From the NCBI GenBank assembly GCA_964016885.1, contig CAXHJY010001550.1, positions 1 to 51,628 of the forward strand: 51,628 nt of DNA, in the 5' to 3' direction. The translations under genes and the position numbers were made by a program. The stretch comes from Eledone cirrhosa (taxonomy: Eukaryota). Positions 29,406 to 42,545 of this stretch are shown piece by piece; position 1 is the stretch's first letter; each line of letters starts with the position of its first letter. The notes beneath the pieces are model-generated. The model did no database searches, had not been told where the DNA came from, and saw only the letters and a program-made list of their open reading frames with translations.

Positions 29406-29434
29406 ACATTATTATCATTATTACCACTTTAGTG

Positions 29435-29957
29435 TCCTTTACGGTCTAAGTTCAAATCCCACTGAGGTTAACTTAGCCTTTCATCCTTACAGAGTAGATA
29501 AAATAAGGTACCAGTAATGCACTGGGGTCGATTTAATCGACTTACCCCTCCCCTGCAAATTGCTTGCCTTATGCCTATCGTAGAAACAATTAGTATTATT
29601 ACCGGTCGATAAATAAAGTACCAGTAAAATACTGGAGTCTATTTAATCGACTTTTTCCTCCCAAAATATTGCTGGCCTTGTGCTTAAATCAGGAACAATT
29701 ATTATTATTATTATTATTATTACCTCTTTTGGGGCAGTGGATTAGCAAAATCGGTAGAGCATCTGACACTATGCTTCACGGCATAGAGTTACGTCCCTTT
29801 ACGTTCTGAGTTCAAATCTCGTTTAGGTTAGCTTTGCCTTTCATCCTTACGGGTTTGATAAAAAAAGTACCAGAAATGCACTGGGGTCGATTTAATCGAC
29901 TTTCCCCTCCCCCAAAAAATTTCTGGCCTTGTGCCTATAGTAGAAATTATTATTATT
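29435..29957 (+). mobile_element. Cluster of three Nin-domain SINE copies (two 5'-truncated, one full at ~29732-29957)
   Basis: Repeated core and (ATT)n tails. Confidence 0.83.
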
Positions 29958-30329
29958 ACCTCTTATTCTAAATGCTTGCTTTCTTAGTGATTCACATTTA
30001 AATTATATTAGTAATAATTATTATTATTAAATTTAGCCACATTTTCCTTCCTTCAATTTTTAATCACTGCTTAATTTTAATCACCGTTTATTTTTAACTG
30101 ACGCTTATCTTTTAGTCATCATTTAAATGTTTAATTATTTGAAATCTCTTTTAACAGATTCATTAATTCTATTTTAGCTCTAAAGTAGTCAGAATATGTT
30201 ACCTCATATAAAAGTTTTGTGAAACTGCACTTTACTTATTAGGAAAGTCAAGCGGTATAGTGGTTAGGACGTCAGACTAAGGAAAATAATAATCTTCATT
30301 TAAAATCTATGTCACTCTCTTATAACTGA

Positions 30330-30668
30330 TGGCTTAAATATTCGCATGTCTATATCTCTCAAAAATACAAATGGCTTCGTGGATAGGGTGTTAGGCTTAC
30401 AGCCATAAGGTTGTGAGTTAGATGTCTATGAACGGGCAACGCGTTGTGTCCTTTAAAATAACAAAATAATTACTTATTAATTACATATTCACGTGTCTAA
30501 ATCTCTCAAAAAATACAAGTTGCAAGTCTGTGCTTGGCTTCGTGGATAGGGTGTTAGGCTCACAACCGTAAGGTTGTGAGTTCGATGCCAATATCGGGTA
30601 GCCCCTTGCCTCCTTTAAAATAACAAAAGAATTACATTAAATATTCACATGTCTATATCTCACACAAA
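30330..30668 (+). repeat. Degenerate ~160-170 bp tandem units containing a tRNA-like SINE head
   Basis: tggcttcgtggatagggtgttaggct..ca.cc.taaggttgtgagtt.gatg at ~30372 and ~30535; related units at ~31080 and ~31693; attcacgtgtcta spacer recurs. Confidence 0.65.
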
Positions 30669-30669
30669 T

Positions 30670-31022
30670 AATTGTTTCTACTTTTGGCACAAGGCCAGCA
30701 ATTATCCAGTATATTACTGGTACTTTATTTTACCGACCCCGTAACGATGAAAGGCAAAGTTAATCTCGGTGGGATTTGAACTCAGAATGGCAAGGGCCGT
30801 AACTCTATGTGTGAAAGCATGGCGTCCGACCCTCTACCGATACTGCCAATCCGCCAATAATGTTTTCTGATTTAAGCACAAGGCCGACACTTTTTGGGGA
30901 GGGGTAAATCGATTAAATTGACCCCAGTGCGTTACTGGTAATTTATTTTATCAACTACGTAAGAATGAAAAGCGAATTTAACCTCGGCAGGATTTGAACC
31001 CAAAACTCAGAACGTAAAGGGA
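30670..31022 (-). mobile_element. Two Nin-domain SINEs (30670-30856 full; 30860-31022 partial)
   Basis: Reverse complement of the SINE consensus. Confidence 0.83.
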
Positions 31023-31342
31023 AGTATCTCTCACAAATAACATATTCTTTCTTTTGATATTTATATTGCAAGAATGTGCCTGGCTTAGTGAAAAAGGTGT
31101 TAAACTCTCAACGGTAAATTCATTAGTTCGATGTCTATGACCGAGCAGCGCGTTGTCTCCTACAACAAAATAAAAGAATTAAATATTCACGTGTCTATAG
31201 TCGATCAACAAGATTCCAGACCTCATTTGCTGAACAAGTGGGGTGGAGTTCGTCAAATTGGACCGAGGAAACAATGTTTGACATTGGTCTTTCCAATTGC
31301 TAATACTATCTATCGGTTGGAACTCCAGGTAGAAGGAGCAAC

Positions 31343-31449
31343 GTGATAAAAGATGTCTTGCTCAAGGACATAATGCATCGCCTGGTCTAGGTATCGAGTT
31401 CACAACCTCACGATTGCGAATCCAATTCTCTAACCACTCAGTCACGCAC
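31343..31449 (-). mobile_element. Different tRNA-derived SINE head with a CORE-like domain
   Basis: Minus strand: gtgactgagtggttagag (A box)...gaactcgatacc (B-box-like)...tgtccttgagcaagacatc (CORE-like). Confidence 0.55.
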
Positions 31450-31479
31450 TTCACTCACGTGTCTATGTCTGTCACAAAT

Positions 31480-31635
31480 AATGGTTTCTGATTTAGGCAG
31501 AGAACCGGCAATTTTGGGAGAGGAGAAACCGATTAAATCGACCCCAGTGTGTTATTGGTAATATATTTTATCAACCGCGTAAGTATGAAAGTCAAAGCTA
31601 ACCTCGGCAGGATTTGAACTTAGAACGTAAAGGGA
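31480..31635 (-). mobile_element. Partial Nin-domain SINE, duplicated with its flank from 30860-31075
   Basis: Shares truncation point and flank gggaagtatctctcacaaataa with ~31020. Confidence 0.75.
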
Positions 31636-31957
31636 AGTATCTCTCACAAATAATATATTCTATCTTTTGATTTTCAATTTGTAAGAATATGTCTGGCTTG
31701 GTGGATAATTCGTGAGTTTGATGTCTATGACCAGCCAGCCTTTTATCTCCTAGAACAGATGTTCTCAAATTGGGAGTGGGGGTAGGGGTAGGGGCGGTGT
31801 GAAGGTTCAGTGGGGCGCTGAGTCCTAAGGAGGCGCTGGGGAGTGGTTACATGATATAATAGTATATTAGATATCAAATGATACATATATATAATATAGT
31901 AAAATAAATATTATATAATAATTATTTCTATATAGTATATATTATATTATTTATATA

Positions 31958-32343
31958 CAGTATTTCCCGGCGTCGAAGACGCTACTTTTTTCCTAAAATC
32001 GCTACTTTTTTCCTAAAATAAGTCTCAAAAATCCACCATGCGTCAAGGTGACCGAAGGTTGTTTAATATTTTTTTTCAAAGTATCGGTAGATTGGCAGTA
32101 TCGGTAGAGTCGGACGCCATGCTTTTCAGCATAGTTACGTCCCGTTACGGTCTGAGTTCAAATCCCGCCGACGTTAACTTTGCCTTTCATCCTTACGGGA
32201 TCGATAAAATAAAGTACCAGTAAAGTACTGGAAATTGCTGGCCTTGTGCCAAAAGTAGAAAAAATTATTTTTTTCAAATTTTTGGTTGTCAAAATTAGGG
32301 TGCGTCCTCGAAGAAGAAGCATCTTCGGCGCCGGGAAATACGG
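31958..32343. mobile_element. Tc2/pogo-like MITE flanked by TA, interrupted by a SINE
   Basis: ta-cagtatttcccggcgtcgaagac ... cttcggcgccgggaaatacgg-ta; colinear with 24399-24561 apart from the SINE insert and a short internal duplication. Confidence 0.82.
32081..32265 (+). mobile_element. Nin-domain SINE with target-site duplication
   Basis: Flanked by tat(7-8)caaa at 32067-32080 and 32266-32278. Confidence 0.87.
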
Positions 32344-32564
32344 TATATATTAACGATTTGATATATTATATATTATTCACTATTTGCGTATAGGTAGGTC
32401 TCTCTGGAAATAGGCTTGGGGGCGCTGAGGGTTGCCGTGAGGCGGACAGTGTCCCAAAATGTTTGAGTATCTGACGAAACATTTTATTTCACGTTACTCC
32501 AGTCAACTCGGCTGCAATAAAAAAAAAAAAAAAAAAGATGTTGTAACTGTAATTCAAAAGACCA

Positions 32565-32980
32565 TATATGTTATACACCATTATATATATATGTTATACA
32601 CCATTATATATATATGTTATACACCATTACATATATGTTATACACAATTACATATATATGTTATACACCATTACATATATATGTTATACACCATTACATA
32701 TATGTTATACACCATTACATATATATGTTATACACCTGGATTGGCAGTATCGGTAGTGGGTCGTGCACCATGCTTTGACGCATAGAGTTACGGCCCTTGC
32801 CATTCTGAGTTCAAATCCCACCGAGGTTAACTTTGCTTTTCATCCTTACGGGGTCGATAAAATAAAGTACCAGTAATGCACTGGGTAATTGCTGGCCTTG
32901 TGCCAAAAGTAGAAACAATTATATATATGTTATACGCCATTACATATATGTTATACACCATTGCATATATGTTATACACC
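32565..32980. repeat. ~20-26 bp minisatellite (tatatgttatacaccattaca) split by a SINE at 32737-32920 (+)
   Basis: Units on both sides of a full SINE copy. Confidence 0.85.
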
Positions 32981-33228
32981 ATGCCACGGTTAAATCCTCT
33001 GAAAAATACAATAAATGTTCTTGTGTGTATGGAATAACTTCTTTCCCATAAACTAAAACTAAACCTGTTTATTTCCTTATGTTTAAAAGTGAAACCCACG
33101 AAACATGTATAATTAACAAGTACCAAACAATTAATGAATGAACCTTAAACCTTAATGTGTCTAAGGTATAATGTCATGGCTCGACCCTATTGTTAAATCG
33201 AACGTGGTAAACAGCATTCCCTAAATTT

Positions 33229-33259
<31 letters not shown>

Positions 33260-33274
33260 AGTATATATATATAT

Positions 33275-33419
33275 ATATATATACACATGCACACATACAT
33301 AGAAACACATACACTCATATGCGGGAGCACGTGTGCATGTATTTAGATATATATATATATGTGTGTGTGTGATTATGCATATATATATATAATCATATAT
33401 ATGTACAAATATATATATG

Positions 33420-33481
<62 letters not shown>

Positions 33482-33515
33482 AGTGTGTGCATATATATAT
33501 TCGTACGTATATATG

Positions 33516-33553
<38 letters not shown>

Positions 33554-33652
33554 CATAAACACACGCACACATATATATATATATCTAAATACATGCACAC
33601 GTGCTCCCGCATATGAGTGTCTGTGTTTCTATGTATGTGTGCATGTGTATAT
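33275..33652. repeat. Palindrome of mixed unique/microsatellite DNA centred on (TA)n at ~33450
   Basis: catagaaacacatacactcatatgcgggagcacgtgtgcatgtatttaga versus tctaaatacatgcacacgtgctcccgcatatgagtgtctgtgtttctatg. Confidence 0.88.
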
Positions 33653-33952
33653 GTGTGTGTGTGTGGGGGGGGGGGGGGTTGTGTATAATTTAGATAGACA
33701 GCGTAATATTTCTTTCATGTAGTTTGACCAGCTTACAACCTATACTATTTAACAAATCAGAGAAACGACTAAGGAATTGGTAGAGGGTGTCAGCACATCA
33801 AAGTGGAATCATTGGTATTAAAGGAAACCTTAGACAATGAGTGGGTGTAGTCATATCGACATTTAGGCCTCGCACCCACGGACTTTGAGTCCGATCCTAT
33901 TTCATACACATACACTCACACACTCTATCTATCTATCTATCTATAATTGTGT

Positions 33953-34001
<49 letters not shown>

Positions 34002-34029
34002 TGTGAATGTGTGAATATATATGTATATG

Positions 34030-34084
<55 letters not shown>

Positions 34085-34294
34085 TAGTTTCAGAAGATCC
34101 CGTTAAGGGTGAAAGCAGCGATTCTTTGCTTATTAACTTTAATCTGTTATTTTAATAAATATATATATATATATATGAAGTATGTATAGCATATTTGGCA
34201 ATAAACCGTATGTTTAATTAAAAACATTTTGAACACCTTGCGCTATTATTTTTAAAGTAAGTGACTATGTCACTTCTTTTTTTCGGGAAAAGAG

Positions 34295-34336
<42 letters not shown>

Positions 34337-34519
34337 CGTGTAATGTTGACGGATGTGAGATAAAGTGCTCAATACCGAATTAGTGTTTAAATACTCATTT
34401 AAGTTGACTGCGTTTTGGCAGGATCATTAGATAATGTTTGTGTGTGCGTGTATATATCAGTATGTGTATATACGTGTGTTTGTAAATGTATGTATGTGTG
34501 AATGTGTGTGCATGTATAT

Positions 34520-35830
34520 GAATATCACAACTAAGATTAATATGACAACTAACAAAACAGCCCCCACTCCAACCATCATTACCTTACCATCAACACAATT
34601 ACCAACTTTAAGACCAACAACAGAACCCTCAACAAATCTTTCACTACGGCCAGCCCCATCATTAACTCTATAGTGACCAACATATCTCAAGATATTATAT
34701 ATACTATGGAATTCTTCCTTTCGCCACACAACAACTCCCGTCTCAATGGATAATCACCAAGGCCAATACCATTACGGACACTACCACTGAGATAGACCAC
34801 CGAATATTACCCCACTGCCACCCCATTACTAAAACGGTAAGAGGGGCCATTACTTCCGCCACCTCCGGCACCTCATTGCTCGATCTTTGCCCCACAACCA
34901 TAACAATTACAAGGAGCACAATCAATTCCCTCAACATTTCGACAAGTATTAGCCCTTATCACTGCAATACTAATACACCAATACTTATACACCAACCACT
35001 CCCTCAACAAAAACAGCAAAACACCGCCACCCGCCACTATCACCATCGCTACCACTTCTATCACTAGCACCACGGCCAGAAACACGAACAGCATCAACAC
35101 CACAGCCACCGCCGCCGCCACCACCACCGCCACCACCACCACCGCCGCCACCACCACCGCCGCCACCACCAGCAGCACCACTGTTGCCGCCACCGCCGCC
35201 ACCACCGCCACCGCCGCCACCCACGCCGCCGCCGCCACCGCTCCCACCACAACCACCACTACAACCACCATCAACAACAACAACAAGAATGACAAGAACA
35301 ACAAGAACAAGAACATCAACAAGAACAAGAACAACACCGATCAATCTTTACACCCCCCCCCCCAACTATTACCATTACCAGGGCCACAATCACCACCCTC
35401 AACATTTCGACAGGGTTTAACCTTATCACTGCAACTAACCCCAACATTGAGAACACTAACACCAATAGCAATAACCCCATCTCGTCACCGATGACAACAA
35501 AAAAACCGCCTCCTCCACCAAAACCACTACCTCCCGCCAACAGAAGCAATTCATCCCCAGTAGCGCCGCCACCACCACCGCAACCACCACCCATACATGG
35601 CTGCTATTTCTACCAGGTTTAGCGACTCAACAGAAACTTCTTTGGATATATTTCATCTACCCCTACTGCTGTTCTTTTTTGTTGTAGTTATTGTTGTTGT
35701 TGACCCTTTGGTTTTCCTCAACATTGCTACTGCTACTGCTGCTGCAGGTATTGTTAGTATTGCTGCTGGTGCCGAAGTCGTTTTATTATTCAGTCTACTG
35801 TTGTTGGTCTTCTTCTTCAGAGTAGAAGAT
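34520..35830. repeat. Degenerate trinucleotide low-complexity region (ACC/GCC/ACA, then TGT/TGC)
   Basis: Short Pro/Thr/Gly/Val-rich ORFs in all frames, no continuous frame. Confidence 0.75.
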
Positions 35831-35879
35831 GCCTGTAAAGAAATTAGAAACAAAATATTAAATAAATATAATACAAATA

Positions 35880-35951
35880 ATTATTTCTACTTTAGGCACA
35901 AGGCCAGCAAATTTTACAGTACATTACTGGTACTTTATTTTATCGACCCCG
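35880..35951 (-). mobile_element. 3' fragment of Nin-domain SINE
   Basis: tttctactttaggcacaaggccagcaa...ctggtactttattttatcgacccc. Confidence 0.75.
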
Positions 35952-37269
35952 ATATATAATACAAATAATAGTATAAAACAGAACAAGATAAAAAAACAAC
36001 AACAACAGTAACTACATAGCTCTATATTGTTCAATATGTCCTTCTTTTTATAATACACTATAATGTGATTTCTGAAGGACATGTGAAATATTTCTAGTAG
36101 GTCAAGTAATTGTGTGCGGACACCGAGATTGAATTCAATATTAGAAGTCCTTATAGAAGAATTCTCTAAAATCCCATCCGAACAAAACGTTTTAAGCCTT
36201 AAGATTTAATGAAACAGTAATTTAATTTTGATGGAATGTTTTTAAATCTAGGAGAAAATAGCAGTGCCCTTCGCTGTTTTCCAGGCCTCATAAAACGTAG
36301 GGGATGAAGGAACTTATCCTCAAACTGGGGACACGTTTCAGATCTTTATAAGAGGGTGGAGTCCAGGATTTGAGCTCTGGCACTAAAGCCCCTGATATTT
36401 TACTGCATACATTTTTCCTATGCTCTTACGATTCTAAAACTAAAGATTCATTATAATTTCCCTGCATGGATGTGTCTCACTACAAGTTCGTATTATCAAA
36501 CGTTTTTCTCAATGTTGACGTAGAGACGTCTTCGTCGGTTTTGCAAAAGACAATATATAACGAAGTCCACGTATGATTTTACTCGATCGGTAACAACTCT
36601 ACACTAAATCCATGTTATCGACGAACACAAAAAACAAACAAACACGCACATCAGAATCCTACAGTCGATCCAACCCACGAAGCCATACCGCACCAGCCAT
36701 AAACTAAATACAAACAAATTATTGAAACCCTTAAATGCTGCGACATTCGTATTGCGTAGTTTCTCTATGACTATATTTGTATTCAAATGAATACTATTTC
36801 CCGATCATGTGACGAAAAGCATTGACTCAATTCATATCTACCATAAACAATAATTACCAGCGACAAAGATCTGAAAATGGAGGCCGTTATGCAGACGCTT
36901 GATTTGCTATAAATAGAAGCTAACTCTCTCGTAAATATCACTCAACTATTTCAAAACAAGAAAGAAGGTTTTCTATCAAAATCTCTTTTGTAAGCCTATC
37001 CTAGTTGAGCCTGCACTAATAACAAGTAGCTAAAGGGCAAGTAAAACGTGGTCGATCATGCCTACGCTATAAAAACACAATGAAGAGAAATCTAAAACAA
37101 AGAAGAGATATAAAGTTAATATGAAGGACATCAATAACCGATCAAAGAAATATCTGGAGGGTAATAAGTTAAATAACTATGAAAGCAATCATGTTCACCA
37201 GCGAACCAATGCAACACAGATGTATACACTGTCTATTAAAGATGAATGACATTATCGTAACGACTCTTA

Positions 37270-37305
<36 letters not shown>

Positions 37306-37359
37306 ATATATATGTATATATATGTATGTAGTATATATGTATGTAGTATATATACATAA

Positions 37360-37390
<31 letters not shown>

Positions 37391-37397
37391 AATATAT

Positions 37398-37440
<43 letters not shown>

Positions 37441-38797
37441 GATAGACAGAAACAGAGACATATATGCCAATGTATATATATATATATACATACATACATG
37501 CGCACATGAGTATATATATATATATATACACACGCGCGTGCACACACACACGAACACACACATATATATATATATATAGAGAGAGCGAGAGATGACCCTC
37601 CCAAAGTATAACAATATATATATATATAAATGAATAATATACATATATATATATCCTTATCTATGTGTTCATGTACGTTCGTATGTATACATACACACAT
37701 ATACACATATATAAGAATATGTGTGTGTGTATGTATGTATGTATGCATGAATGTTTGCATATATGTATATATGTATTTATGCATATATATGTCGATAAAT
37801 GAGTGTATACATGCAAGCATGTATGTATGAATCTATGTATGTATGTACGCATGCATATATATAAGTGTCTATACATGATTGTATACATGCATGTATGTAT
37901 GTATGTATGTATGTATGTATGTATGTATGTATGTATGTACGCATGCATGTATGTATTTATGTATGTATGTACGCATGCATGTATTTATGTATATATGTAT
38001 TCATGAGTGTGTTTATATGTGTATGCCTCAATACATTCGAGAATGTGTGAGTGGAGAAGACATATACTTAATATAAGATGTATGCATAGACAAATTGATA
38101 GAAACTGTGAGGGGCATAAAGCTAAAACACGATATATTACTTTACTCCTTTTAAGACCATATATTATTCGGTCTGTTGTTAAAAGCAAGACACAAATATA
38201 CGAAATATAGAAGGAATCTGAATATTCTAAGCAAACTCTTATATCATTTGTCAAATTTTCATGAAGAAAAACTTCGTTTCTGGCGACACTTCCTTTTCTA
38301 TTGCACACATAATAAACAGTTTGATAACGAAAGTGAAACTAAATGTATAAGATGTGATCAGTCTAATTTGTCTAAGTATTTTTATTATTGTTGATGTCTA
38401 GCCAGAAGTTACTGTTGATCCGGGTGACCTATGATCAAAAGGATATCATGTCATGGCCATCACACTTTTCTTTCAAGAATTTTATAACCATGATTATATT
38501 ATCCAATGTGTGTTATTTTAATACTTCTGGTTGTGGCTTCAGAGATATTTGGCTGTATAGGTGTTATCGTATAGGCTGAAGCTGTGATAAACTTTATAAT
38601 TATAGATTAACGAAATATTAATCTAATTTCATTTATAACTAAGATGGTTCTACGTTTGAAAATGTCTTGGTCATTCCAAAGATATATAGTAGAGAACAGA
38701 TGGGAAATATGCCACGCATAGTGATAGAAACTGTAAAGACTTGTCTAGTGGAACTCCTTACTCTATCAGTCAAGACTGCGACAATATATACACACAA

Positions 38798-38874
<77 letters not shown>

Positions 38875-38882
<8 letters not shown>

Positions 38883-39222
38883 TAAGAGGAATTCCAACTT
38901 TGTCTGATTTACTCGTTTTATTTACAATCCTTTAAAATATATATAATGGTATTATAATGAAATAGTATGATAGAATATTAAATTCTAAGTGTTAATTGAA
39001 CAAGTACTTTCATGCTTTCGCAATCTTCAGGTTCATGATATGTGGTGACAGTCGAGTTTGCAATTTTCAACTGTGTTGCGAAAGCATGAAAGTACTTGTT
39101 CAATTAACACTTAGAATTTAATATTCTATCATACTATTTCATTATAATACCATTATAAATTTTAAAGGATTGTAAATAAAACGAGTAAATCAGACAAAGT
39201 TGGAATTCCTCTTATTAATATA
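38875..39222. repeat. Fold-back palindrome, ~148-bp arms (38875-39023 / 39076-39222), 52-nt spacer
   Basis: Arms are near-exact reverse complements and abut microsatellite. Confidence 0.95.
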
Positions 39223-39260
39223 ATCTTCTATACACAATCATACACACCCGTGTATATTTA

Positions 39261-39336
<76 letters not shown>

Positions 39337-39337
<1 letters not shown>

Positions 39338-39461
39338 TTATCCCGGGTTCAATCGGGGATAACCACAGTAAGGTACTCAATACATATCAGAGTATTAATA
39401 TTAATATAATATAGAAATGGCTTCTACAGCACTAGAATTGTTTCATTCGGGAGAAATCGTC

Positions 39462-39463
<2 letters not shown>
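39337..39463 (-). mobile_element. Remnant PLE-like 3' end with a decayed hammerhead
   Basis: Minus strand: (a)TGACGA-tttctcccgaat-GAAA-CAATTC-TA, then ACTC-tgatatgtatt-GAGTAC and terminal hairpin ttatccccg/cgggataa. Confidence 0.5.
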
Positions 39464-39555
<92 letters not shown>

Positions 39556-39570
39556 GTATGTGTATGTGTG

Positions 39571-39637
<67 letters not shown>

Positions 39638-40202
39638 GTGTGTCTTTAAATATAAGGAAAGAGCTCAAGCGCAGAAATGTTATAAAGACAGCTTATAAAA
39701 TAGGTCGAAGACCCTTATTAGACGGGAAAAGAAGTTGTCCTCGGCTGCAATGAGGAATGGAACCCCATATCATCTAGATACCGCCTATATCTATATCTAT
39801 CTCTCTATCTATCTCTCTACTCTCTCTCTATATATATGCACACACATATATATATATATATATGTGTGTATGTATGGATATATTGCTATATAATATATTT
39901 TTTCAATCGACGTATTGAAGTTTCTTATCAGATAGTGTTTACAATACATATAAAAGTATATGTTTAACAATAACTGCATTATGATGTTATGATATCTGTC
40001 TGTCTCTACCCCCCCTCTCTCTCTGTATACACACACACACACATACACACATATATATATATTATAATATATATGTATATATATATATATATACATATAA
40101 ATATATTCAAATATGTATACATATATGGGTTTATACATATATATTTAAACACACATAACATATAAATATATACTTATATATACGCACACAAAGATATATA
40201 TA

Positions 40203-40252
<50 letters not shown>

Positions 40253-40422
40253 ATATATATAAATATTTGCGTACATAAAGTAGATATATGAAATACACAC
40301 CAATTATATTCATGTATGTAATAGTATATGTGCATACATACATAATAAAATCCTATAATATCCAGCACGTTATACCCTTGCTCCACCATTTCATTACATA
40401 CACACTATACACAATGGTAGAC

Positions 40423-40498
<76 letters not shown>

Positions 40499-41093
40499 AC
40501 ACTTAGACTCACATTTACATACACTCTTTATCTTACACACACATTGACACTCGTAGACACACACATATACAGACGTGGACGTACACGCACAGCTTATAGA
40601 TTTCCATTCACACACATATCTGTATTATGCAGAGTTTATATTATCTTGTTCACACATATCTCGAACATTGTTGCTGTATTCACAAAGATACCTCGCATTA
40701 TCGCATTCACTCAAACACCGCGACATTACACGCCTATTTTTACCGATCGTACTAAAACCAACTGTTTGTCTATCGCTAAATATTCCACATTACTACACAT
40801 TGCTCTCCCTTTGCATTCTATTATTATGTTCAATCCGTAACATTAAGCTGGTGTTGTTCGTCGGTTGATGAATCTGTCTCATATATTTTCGTTGGCATTG
40901 TGCCAGTAGTTTATGTCCTCAAGGTCCGCCTGCGGCTATTGTGTCGGTCAGCTGAGTAAAGATATGTAATATAGCCCTTCTCTATACACCTTTCTCTCTT
41001 TCAAACCTTCACCTCATACTAATAACACTTTGATCTCCTGCTTTTGTTGTTAGATTGTCTGTTGAACTGAGATACATTACTGCTGCTGCTGCA

Positions 41094-41134
<41 letters not shown>

Positions 41135-41326
41135 CACTACCACTACTACTACTACTACTAATAATAATAATAATATTAATAATATGAACCACTATCAGAT
41201 TTGCACAAAAGCCATAATATATGTATTTATGCATATATATACGTATATTGTGTATGTAAGTAGGTATATATATGTATATGGTGTGTCTTTTGCACTTTTG
41301 TATGTAAATATCTATGTTTACATTAA

Positions 41327-41407
<81 letters not shown>

Positions 41408-41467
41408 GTATAGACGTATATTTGTATTCATAGACATATTCATATATACTGTATATGTCTCCCTCTT

Positions 41468-41519
<52 letters not shown>

Positions 41520-41973
41520 CCACCACACCCACACGCACACACACACCTGTATATATCAAATAGATGGACCTAAAGAGAAAAAATTTATCATAAAATGTGT
41601 GGAGAAGTATGTGTAAATATGTTTTTTTTTCTCTGAATGTATATATATATATATATGTATGTATATATATATGTATATACCGTATGTGTGTGTTTGTGTG
41701 TGACTGTGGGTTTGCGTTTGTCACACTGTGCTGTGTGTGTAAGTGTGTATATGTGCGTGTGTGATGTATTATTCTAGTCCACACAAAGATGCATGGGAAA
41801 AATAAAATCATAAGAATAAAAAAGAACCAAAATAAAAAAATCAATATTCTATAATTGTACCGTGGTCTTTGTTGGCTTTTTGGTCTGTCTATGTATCGAT
41901 CTACTTATTTTCTATCACATTGTGTATACTCCTTCTTTGTCAATCGCCCTCATACTCTCTTTCTCTCCATCTT

Positions 41974-41974
<1 letters not shown>

Positions 41975-42024
<50 letters not shown>

Positions 42025-42275
42025 ATATATAAAAATATATATATATATATGTACCTATATATATATACATGTATATATACATATATATTTATATACATAT
42101 ATATATATATGTATATATTTATATATACATATATATCTATATATATACATATATATACACATATATATATATACATATATACATATATATATTCATATAC
42201 ATATATATATATATATTTATATACATATATATATATATATATGTATATAAATATATGTATATGTATATGAATATA

Positions 42276-42318
<43 letters not shown>

Positions 42319-42365
42319 TTATATACATATATATATATATGAATTTATATACATGTATATATCCA

Positions 42366-42396
<31 letters not shown>

Positions 42397-42409
42397 GGCA
42401 TATATATAA

Positions 42410-42459
<50 letters not shown>

Positions 42460-42470
42460 TTATATATATG

Positions 42471-42540
<70 letters not shown>

Positions 42541-42545
42541 GATAG
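41975..42545. repeat. (TA)n/(TACA) microsatellite
   Basis: Direct inspection. Confidence 0.95.

Noticed and set aside
30253-30600. Functional tRNA genes
   Set aside because: A/B-box-like motifs only; no complete cloverleaf or acceptor stem, better explained as SINE heads
35653-35850. Minus-strand exon after the acceptor-like tttctaatttctttacag (~35833)
   Set aside because: The downstream frame is short and low-complexity, with no partner exon or homology visible
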